DNA from: Mantamonas sphyraenae STR306
Taxonomy: Eukaryota; Protista; CRuMs
DNA length: 64,000 bases
Direction: 5' to 3'
Assembly: GCA_026936335.1 (NCBI GenBank)
Contig: JAPMXV010000022.1
Span: forward strand, 62,001 to 126,000
Shown: one piece after another, positions 23,663 to 32,763 of the stretch
Position numbering within the stretch: the first letter of the stretch is position 1
How the letters are laid out: every line of letters starts with the position of its first letter
Translations under genes and position numbers: made by a program
Notes under the pieces: generated by a model
What the model saw: only the letters and a program-made list of their open reading frames with translations
Told to the model about the DNA's origin: nothing
Databases searched by the model: none

Positions 23663-23850
23663 GGGTTGCCCTGCGTAGCATACTGCTGGCCAGCGTTCAT
23701 CGAGTACTGCTGCTGCGGGGCCTGCGCGTACGTGGGGATGCTCTGGTTGGCGTATGCAGCGTTGGCTCCGTTGGACGTGTCAAACGTTTGCATGGGAGTG
23801 CCAGGCGACGTAGGCGGCTCGTATCCGCCGTCTCCTTCCTTGCTCGCCAT
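20058..23850 (-). CDS. M16 family (PqqL/insulinase-like) zinc metallopeptidase with an N-terminal type II membrane anchor (3 exons)
   Basis: Inverted zinc motif HFVEH in VDTGSSNEADNQLGIAHFVEHCAF; FNAFTT; EKGAVEGE; RFPIGK; YHDKWYHPKRMRLMVVGD; second half begins TLDNGIKV. Upstream exons encode a Q/Y/P-rich tail and a Cys-rich segment plus TM helix. Confidence 0.85.
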
Positions 23851-23999
23851 CGCGTTTCGACGGGCGTTGGTGTTTTGGTCTTGGGTCGGTGTGGTTTGCG
23901 CTGCGCAGTGCTGCATGCAGAGGTTTGCGAATGCGACATGGCACTGGGCATGAATGTCCCGTGTCCCGTTTTTGTGTTTGTGTTATTTGTTCCCATTGT

Positions 24000-26047
24000 T
24001 CACGCCTCCACATCCAGCGGCAGGCCGACCAGGTGCTGGACGTCAGCCGAACGCTCGATGGCCTGCAACTGGGTGACGATTTCGCCAAAGGTGGGTCGCT
24101 CCTGGGCAGTTCGCTCCAGCAAGCTTGGATGAGATGGACGACAGACATGGGACAGCATTCGGGGCTGATGAGCGGGAGGCGTGGACGCAGGGTGGCCGAA
24201 CCTTGCATCATCACCTGGATCACCTGCGCCTCGTCCAGCTCCTGGTGTGGAGGACGACGAGTCACCAGTTCGTTCAGAAGGATGCCAAAGGCGTAGACGT
24301 CGGAAGGACGCGTGCACTCTGAACCACGCACAACCTCGGGTGCCATGTACACGGCTGTACCGCACGCACGGTCCTCGTCTTTGTCACGTAGTGCCTCGTC
24401 GTCGCCTCCATGTGCCTGCACACCAGAGCCATGCTTATTCACAGCTTTGTCCTTGCCGTTGTGTGTGTGTGCCATCAGTGGCATGCCGTCTTCGTCCAAC
24501 GGCGGGGCAACACTGGCCATACTAAAGTCGGCGAGTTTGCAGGCGCCGCGTGCGTCTACGAGGACGTTGCTGGCTTTTAGGTCACGATGGAGCATGCCGA
24601 GGCTGTGAAGATAGGCCATGCCACGTGCGATGCCCTTGGCGGCACTAAACACAAAGGACCAGTTGTAGACGGGCAGCTGGTCGTACAGGGTCGTGCCCAG
24701 ACCCGCACGCCGGTGGATGGCAGTTTCCAGGGAACACAGGCACAGTTCCATGCCAATGCCCAGGTAGGGGAGATTGACAAGGGCACCGTAGAACATGACC
24801 ACGTTTGGATGGCGAGCGCGATTGAGCAGCGTCAGTTCGTCCCGGTACATACGCAGCAACGAGTCTTCCAACACGCCCCCCTTGTCCACCTCAAACTGCT
24901 TCAGGGCCATTTCCGTGCCATTCCACTCTGCCCGCATGACAACGGCATAGGCGCCCTGGCCGATGTGTTCGTGCACCAGCAGGTCGTCCACACGCAGCAC
25001 GGTGATCTTTCGCGTGCGCAGCTGAGCACGCAGCTCCTCGCTGGCCTCATCAAACTGCGCCTGGCTCATGCCCTGGTCAAAGTCAAACACCAGCGACGTG
25101 GCATCGCCCCAGGACACCATGTGTGTGTTGTCCGACGACGACGTCCCAGCCCCTTGCTGCTGCTGCTGGTGCTCACGCCGTGCCGTACGCCCTCCCAACA
25201 GTGGGTTGGTCTCACGCAGCAGGTTGAGATACGCCAAATCGATGAGTTTGCTGTCGTAGCGAAGGGTGAAAAACACGGCGGGGCCGTACGTGAGCTCAAA
25301 GGTGAGGTCCCCCAAAAAGTTCCAACAATCGCCACGGCCCGGGTTGTTGGTCAGTTGCACAGCAATGGTAACCACGCCCATGGTAAACACAATGAGTTGC
25401 ACGGTACACAGCACCAGAATACTTTGCCGCGGTTGGAAGCCGCTACGGCGACCGGCACCGCGCAGGACGGCGGGGCCCACAAGCACCACCAGCATGGCCA
25501 GCGCATATACAATGTAAAAGACAAGGTAATAAATGAGACGAGGGGTTGCTGTGGTGGACGCAGCCTCGACAATGGCCTCGGATAGGGCGAGGAGGAGGGA
25601 AAAGGGCAGGGCAACACGTGTGCTTCGGCGAATGCCCACCTCTTCCACGTTAAAGGTAAAGATACAGATGATGAGGGTGAGGGTAATAAAGTGCTCGAGG
25701 GCGTGGTGGACCACTCGCAGGACAGCGCCCCAAACGGTGGGACGGTCGAGGAGGAGGGAGAGGGAGTAGAAGAAGAGGATGAAGTAGTCGAGCACAAGCA
25801 ACTGCAGAAGGTGGAAATACATGGGAATGATGCGGGATTCGCTGGCTGCGTTCTCCGCCTGACGAATGGCATCGGAAAGGGTGGTGCTGAAGAAGCTCTC
25901 CTTGTGCTGGCGCTGCGAGTACTGCGTCAGCTTGAAGATGAGGTACAGGCACACCAGCAACATGATGGAGCTCAGCACGGCGCTAGGCGTGGTGGAGTCT
26001 GTAAACAGGGTGCACTCCACCCAATTGTGTGTGTGCCCAACGGTCAT
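24000..26047 (-). CDS. Seven-transmembrane (GPCR-like) domain fused to a TKL protein kinase; 1-nt frameshift near the 3' end
   Basis: About 7 hydrophobic helices, then IGQGAYAVV, MALK, HPNVVMFYG, HRDLKASN, ADF, GTAVYMAPE, SDVYAFG. The subdomain XI sequence ERPTF continues in another frame to the stop at 24000. Confidence 0.85.
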
Positions 26048-26116
26048 TGTGGCCGGACGCAGACGAGAGAGAAGGAACAGCGCTGGCAGCGACGGCGCCG
26101 ACAAGACTTTCCCCCC

Positions 26117-27949
26117 ATGGCGTCGACACTGGACCTGGAGGAACCGGCAAGCAACAGCATCCCAGGCGGAGGCGAGGAGGTTGTGGACGGCGATGGAGTG
26201 GAGGAGAGTAGGAACGGGACAGTGGGTGAAGCGGGAGAGGAGGACGAGGAAGACGAGGAAGACGAGGAGGAGGAAGAGCTTGCTGAAGCGGATGTGTTGG
26301 ACCAAGGCGACGGGATCGTGGAGATTGGGCGCAGCTCCTCGGTGATTGTATCGGACACCGAGGGCGATGGTGGCACACGGTCGCACAGCAACAGCGTGGC
26401 GTCGTCCACGGTGCAGGAGGACGGAAGCGGGTCGGAATTTGGTAAGGGAGGGACGAGGAGGAACACAGGCCACGGATGAACGTGTGCGAGAGCGCTGTGT
26501 GTGTGTGTCTGTGTCTGTGTCTGAGAGGAGACACATGTGTGTGTGTGTGTATGCGTGAGGGAGGAGGCTGGTGCACCCAATAGGAAGGATGTATGGGGAG
26601 GGAGACCGGGTGGGAGAGGGCTGACGCGTGGTTGGGTGCAAATTTGGACAGAGTTGCCGCTGTTTGTGGTGCTGCGCAACAAGTACCAGGACCTGGACTC
26701 GACATCCAAGGAGTGGCAGAATCTGGAGAAGCACGTGTTCATCCTGAGCAACGCAGGGAAGCCTGTATACACGCGGCACGGGAACGAAGGGGACCTGAGT
26801 GCGTTCATGTGTGTGATCCAGGCCATCATCTCGTTTGTGGAGGACACCAATGATGTGGTACGGCATCTGGTTGCAGGCAAACACCGCTTTGTGTTTGGCA
26901 TCAAGGGACCTCTCTTTATGGCCGCTGTGGCCTCCACAGGCGAGCCGGTACAGCAGCTGGAGAGGCAACTGGACGACGTTCACAAGCAAATCTACAGCGT
27001 GTTGACCGCGTCTGTGGATCGGATCTTTGAGCGGAATGCGACGTTTGACGTGCGGCGGCTGCTGGGCGGTTCGGATCGGTTCCTGGACTCGCTGTTGTAC
27101 GACGAGGAACGGTGTGCACGTTATCTGCTGGAAGCGTTCCAGTGCATGCGACTGGAGAGCAACACACGCAGCGCAATCGGCAACATTATTCAGAAAAGCA
27201 GTGCGGCAGGGGATCTCATGTACGGCCTGCTGTGCCACGGTCACCTGGTGGTCAACGCCGTGCGGCACAAGCGACACAAGCTGCAGGCAGGCGACGTGCA
27301 TTTGATCACCAACTTTGTGACGGCGTCGACGAGCTTCCGGGGCAACGAGACGTGGACGCCCATCTGCCTGCCACACTTCAACAACAAGGGCTTCCTTCAC
27401 GCGTACATCTGCTACGTGGACCCTGAAGTGTGTCCCGAGCTGTACTTGCTGCTTCTGAGCACAAAGCCAGACCAGATCATGGAGGTGGCGGAAAGCAAGA
27501 CGGCGATTGTGGAGCAGCTGCAGGAAAGCGGATCGATCCAGGCCATTGCGGACGCAGTGTCGCGACAGGCGTACAGCGTGCGCTCGGTCAGCGAGGAGCT
27601 GTTGCATTTCATGTACAAGAACCAGGGCACGAGCCAGTTTACAATGTCGAGGTACGAGGCCCCATACGACAAGGACGAGGAGGCGGCGACGACGCTGTTT
27701 CGCAAGTATCAGAACCTGCGCAGTTGGATGTACGGCAAGCAGAAGGACGTACAAGAGGCACACAAGATCTGCTTCAGGGTGACAGACACGGAATCCATGC
27801 TGGGTTGGGTCACCAACGGCTTTGAGCTGTACGCCACATTTGGGCCGCTCGTGGGCAAGCAGGTGGCCATTGCCGCGTGCAACCGATTGCTCAGGTGGAT
27901 CAAGAGGGAAGAGGACGATCTGTTTGTGAAGCAGTTTGGGTCGTGGTGA
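26117..27949 (+). CDS. MON1: Vacuolar fusion protein Mon1 (Rab7 GEF subunit)
   Basis: KHVFILSNAGKPVYTRHG, FDVRRLLGG, ETWTPICLPHFNNKGFLHAY, FELYATFGP, WIKREEDDLF. An acidic first exon starts at ATG 26117. Confidence 0.95.
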
Positions 27950-28030
27950 AGGGGAAGGGATGGCGCGAGATGCTTGCGCGATGTGGGAGGCAGCAAAAAC
28001 AAGGAGTTCCATCTGCTCACTGCACCTGCA

Positions 28031-29179
28031 ATGTCGTCCAGGCCTCTTGCTGCGCTGCCGTGGTTGTGTCTCGCGTTGTTGGTGGTGATGTTGGCGTGTG
28101 GAGTGGCCGGTGGGGAGCTGGGCGAGGAGCCCAAGTACACAGTGTCCATCTACAAGAAGGCCACCGAGCTTCCCAAGATCCCAAATGCCAAGATTGTGTC
28201 CATGTCCAACAAGCGGGGCAAACGCTATCGCTGTCTGGTGCCGCCTCCCATCGAGGAGTACGCCGAATACGTGGAGCAGGAACAGGTGGCTGCCAGCGAG
28301 AGCGTGGAGAGCATCCTGGCCAGGATGGCCAAGACATGCTATTATAGGGTAAGCACACCAGGGCCGGCTGTTGGGAGATGCTGTTGGCAAGACGGCGACG
28401 CTGTGAGAAGCCAGACGCATGCAGTAGAAGCGTGTACACATGGGAGGTCGCTGCGGCGAAATGTGGGCGTGGGAGCAGAGTGGAAATTTGCAGAGGCCGG
28501 AATGGCGTCATCAGGAAAACTGACCCGGCCGAAAAACGTTGCCCTCCACACGCAGATTGAGGGATGGTGGACGTACGAGCTGTGCATCAACAAGGGAGTG
28601 CGACAGTTCCATGAACAGCAGGCAGAGTTTATGCTTGGCCGAGTGGTCAGCAACAAGGGCGGGCAACCTGCGGACGGGGCGAGCAGCAGCGCAGGCGGAG
28701 GGGCCAAACGGCCGCGCAAGCCACGCAAGACACACTATGTGCAATCGTACGACGGAGGACAAGACTGCGACATGACAGGCAAGCCGAGGCAGGTGGAGGT
28801 GCACTACAAGTGCGACCCGGACAAGCCGAGCTCGATTGTCAGCATCACCGAGCCGGCGACGTGCCAGTACGTGTTGACCTTTGTGACACCCGAGCTGTGT
28901 AAACACCCGGACTATGCGGTGCAGGAAACGCCTGCACAGACCATTGTGTGTGTGCCTGTGGCCAGCGAGACAGCCGCAGCGACCAAACAGGAGAGCGGAG
29001 CAGCTGTGGCCAAGAAGAAGAAGGCAAGCGCCTCTGCCGCTGCCGCCGATGAGGCCCAGGTGCACATTGACGACGACGACGTGGATGCAGCGATGGGTGA
29101 GGACGACGACGATGTGGATTTGGGAGTGGGTGTGGACGACGACGTCGACGACGACGATCACATGCATGATGAACTCTGA
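28031..29179 (+). CDS. OS9: OS-9/ERLEC1-like ER lectin (MRH/PRKCSH domain)
   Basis: Signal peptide; GWWTYELC...VRQFH; GQDCDMTGKPRQVEVHYKC; ITEPATCQY; C-terminal HDEL. Intron at about 28349-28555. Confidence 0.88.
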   Translation: MSSRPLAALPWLCLALLVVMLACGVAGGELGEEPKYTVSIYKKATELPKIPNAKIVSMSNKRGKRYRCLVPPPIEEYAEYVEQEQVAASESVESILARMAKTCYYRVSTPGPAVGRCCWQDGDAVRSQTHAVEACTHGRSLRRNVGVGAEWKFAEAGMASSGKLTRPKNVALHTQIEGWWTYELCINKGVRQFHEQQAEFMLGRVVSNKGGQPADGASSSAGGGAKRPRKPRKTHYVQSYDGGQDCDMTGKPRQVEVHYKCDPDKPSSIVSITEPATCQYVLTFVTPELCKHPDYAVQETPAQTIVCVPVASETAAATKQESGAAVAKKKKASASAAAADEAQVHIDDDDVDAAMGEDDDDVDLGVGVDDDVDDDDHMHDEL

Positions 29180-29234
29180 TGTGATGAACTCTGATGATTG
29201 ATGAAATTGTGGATTGATGTACGTAAACTCCAGT

Positions 29235-32200
29235 TTAGTTTGCTGCGCCTCCCTGCCTGCGCAGCTCACGCTGTCTCTTTCGCTCCTCCAGTTGCCGTTT
29301 GCGTTCCTCCAGCTGTGCTTTCTTTGCGGCATTCTTTGCACGCACTGCATCCAGGGTCATTCCTGCGTCACTTGCGTTTGAGCCTGCTCGCGAACGAGTG
29401 CGAGGTGACGCTTCGCCCAGATCACTCTGCGATGCATTGCTGGCCGTACGTGCCTGTCGAGTCGCCAACAGGTTGCGCACTGCCAAGGAGGAGGCCTCCC
29501 CTTCCTCTCCTGTGTCGCCCGGTGCAGATGCATTGCTGGCCGTGCGTGCCTGGCGCGTAGCAAGCAGATTCGCAACCGTCAGCGGTTGCGCAGCGTTGTT
29601 GTCGCTACTGTCGTCGTCACCCACTTGGATGTTTGGCACTACAGCTGCGTCACTGTCGCTGCTTGTGCTTGTGCTTGTGCTGGTGCTGGTGCTGGTGCTG
29701 GTTGTCGCCGTCACATCGGCCGTCTGTTGCTGCGCTGCAGCGGCTGCTTCCTCGGCTGCCTGAAGCGAGTCTTGCAACTGTGTGATCTGGTCGACCAGCG
29801 CGTTGCGTTCCTCCTCCCATTCTTGTTCGTCGCTGCCGTGCTGAGCCACGCGTGTGTCCAGAGACGCCACCTTGTCTTCCAACGCCTGCTTTTCGGTCTG
29901 CCATTGCGCCTGTGCGGTCTCGTGTGCGGTGGCCTGCAATTCAAGCTGTTCTTGCACATGTTTCAACATCGCTCGCACCTCGTCCAGCGCTTCTTGCTGC
30001 TGTTGCTGCCCTGCCTCCGCTGCCTCTGCAACCGCTGCTCCTTGCTCCTCCTCCATCGCCTCCAGTGCCTCGGACATCACCTGCAGCTCTGCCGCGTGCT
30101 CTTCCTCCATCGCCGCAATCCGTGCCAGCAGATCCTCCACCTCTTGGCTCTTGTCGGCGACTGGAGGTGCGGTAGCAGCCGAGGCTTCAGCCAACGATGC
30201 TGCGGCGGTTGCTGCCTGAGCTTCCTCTGCCGCTGCAATTGCCGCTGCTTGTGCCGTTGCCACTTCGTTGGCCGCTCGTGCCGCGTGTTCCTTCAACACA
30301 TTGACTTCCTCTTGCAACGCGTCGATCTTGCCTTGGCGCACCTCGGATTCCGTCATGGCCTCCTTGCAGCTCTGTTCCAACTCCACAATGGCCTTGTCAC
30401 GCACCAAGCGCCCTTCTTCCAAACGAGCAACCACTTCCTGCGCTTCTGCTGCCTTGTTCTCTGCTGCCTCCACCGCGCTACGCAGTCCCTCCATCTCTTC
30501 GCGCATGGCATCTGCATCCACCTCCATGGCCTCCCGTTCGGCTTGCATGTTGCCCTGCATCTCCTCCAGTTGGGCTTGCACGCTTGCAAGCTCCTTTTCC
30601 AAAGCCCGTTCGCGATCTTTGGCCTCGGCATTGGCTGCACTCAGCGCCGCACGCGTCTCCTCCAGCTGCGCCGTCACCTTTTCCACTTCACTGCCCTTCT
30701 CCTGGCTGGCTGCCAGTGTGGTTGTAAGCTCTTCCACGTGCTGCTTTGCCTCCTCCAGCTCTGCGGCCATCTGGTCCATTTGCTCCACCAGCACCTCTGT
30801 TTCCGCCTCGTGCTCCGCGTTCTGCGACTCCAGAGCCGCCTCCAGATTGCCCACCTCGGTTTGAAGGGTGCTCACAAGCTGCGAGTCTGCCTTGGACGAC
30901 TCCACACTCGCCTCGGTCAGCTGTGCTTGCAGTGTGTTGATCTGCGCACGCTGCGTGTCGATTGTCTCTTGCGCCTGTGCCAGCTCCTTTTGCACCTCGT
31001 CCAACACTTGCACCTTGCCCTCCAGTGTGCTGATGTGCGACCGTGCCTCTTCCAGCTCGTTGTTCACTCCATCCAGAGCTGCGTTTGCCTCGCCCAACGC
31101 GGTCGCACGCGCTTCTGCCTCTGCCTGTGCTTCTGCAACCAACCCTTGCTGTCGTTCCACCTCGGCTGCCTGTTCTTGCCGTGCTTTTGTCACTGTGTGC
31201 TCCGCTGCAGCTACACTTGCCTCCAGCGACGCCTTTTCCGCCGCCCACCGTTCACGCTCCTCCTCCGCCTCGTCTTGTGCCATCTGAAGCTTCATCTCCA
31301 GTGCGTCCTTTTCACGTTCCAGCGCATCGCGCAACTCGTCCGTCTCCGCCGCAGCTTGTGTGTTCAGGGCAGCCTTGCGTGCTTCGGCCTCCGCCACCTT
31401 GAGTTTCGCCTGCAGCTGTGCGTTCTGAAGCTTCAGGCTTTCCTTGGCTTCCAGTGCTTCCGCACGCTCTGTGCTTGCCCTTTCCACTGCCGCGTCCATT
31501 TCGTCCAGCGACTCCTGTGTTTCCCGCACGCGTCAGTTTGTGCCCTTTTGCACAAAATCGAGCTCCGATCTTTCATCCGAGAGGGTTGCTGCCTCTTTTG
31601 AGCGCCCAAACACGGCCACGGCGTCGACGTACACACCCTCCATCGCACCCAGCTTACCGACATGAGGTCCAGTTCCTGTTTGTGCATCTGCTCCATGGTT
31701 TCCATCTCTGCTTGGGTCTCCTTGAGCTGTTGGAAGGTCTGTTCCTGGAGAGCAAGATGCTCCTGCTTGTCAGCCTGCAGGCCCGCCACCAGGCTCTGCA
31801 GGCGCTCCTGCTCCCGTGCCATCCCGTGCATGTCCTGAGTTTGGCTCTTGAGCTCGCGCACCTCGCGTTCCAACCGCTGCACCTGGCTGGTCAGCTCGTC
31901 GTTGCTGGCCACCAGTTCCTTCTCCCTGCTTTGCGCCGCTTCCAGCTTGGCTGTCACGTTCTTCAGCTTTGCGTCGCTCACCACAGTGCTTCCGGCTCGG
32001 CTGCGGCTCGGCATGCGCCCTCCATGTGCTGACAGCGTGTTGGTGGTGCTGCTCGCCGTGCTCGTCGTCGTCCTTGCAGCAGACGTCGTTGTCGAGCGTG
32101 AGTTGCTCGGCTTTGCCGTCACCTCGGCTCCGCCTCCGCCGTCCAGGGCCAGGAACTTGGCCTGTGTGCATTTGTGCAAGAGGGACCGTGTGTGAGGAGG

Positions 32201-32468
32201 ATATACAAGGTCTGTGTGGTGTGTGTGTGTGTGTGTGTGTGTCGTTTTCATCTTGTATTCTCACCATCGAGGCCGAATTGAGCACCGGGACATCTGCTTC
32301 CCCGTCGTCGTCGCCGCTGCTGCTGATAGAGCTGCCAGTGGACCGTGTGTTGGTGCTCGGTCGACGATTGCCGCTTGTGCCAATGTTGTTCTTCTTTCCC
32401 AGGTCGCCAGCGCGTGCTGCAGCGTCACGCTGCTCAGCTTGTCGGATTCGCTCGAGGATCGAGGACAT
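29235..32468 (-). CDS. Large coiled-coil protein of unknown function (multi-exon)
   Basis: Begins MSSILERIRQAEQ. The long exon is E/A/Q-rich heptad sequence, joined to the upstream exons through GT-AG introns. Confidence 0.7.
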
Positions 32469-32711
32469 CTTTGCGTTTGCCACACCGCCGCTAGACCACC
32501 ATTCGTCAATTCCTGTTTGCAAAACAGCGCGCCGTCGTACACAATCGTCACCCCACGCACATACGACACACACACATCAAATGAAGTCACGATCAGGTCA
32601 CAACGTTGTTAGTGACGGCTAGGGGGAGGGGGGAAAGGGGGGAAGTCCATGGACGGGGCACAAACTCACATTTAGAATGTGTTTGGAACGTGTGTTTCGA
32701 ACCAAAGCGCT

Positions 32712-32745
<34 letters not shown>

Positions 32746-32763
32746 ATAAAGACGTGGTTGTTC

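Noticed and set aside
26048-28441. First ~800 aa of the 1553-aa - strand ORF (23780-28441)
   Set aside because: It lies antisense to MON1 and OS-9. Only the part from about 26047 downward (7TM-kinase) looks like real protein.
29164-29200. Tandem duplication of TGATGAACTCTGATG at the OS-9 HDEL stop
   Set aside because: It is a short local duplication in the 3' UTR with no evident function.
29586-31601. 671-aa + strand ORF, and similar Leu-rich antisense ORFs (e.g. 62447-63736, 8710-10089)
   Set aside because: These are shadows of coiled-coil or other genes on the opposite strand.
32597-32625. Hairpin plus CTAG as a Helitron 3' end
   Set aside because: CTAG is not followed by T on either strand, the hairpin spacing is atypical, and there is no RepHel ORF or matching 5' TC end.
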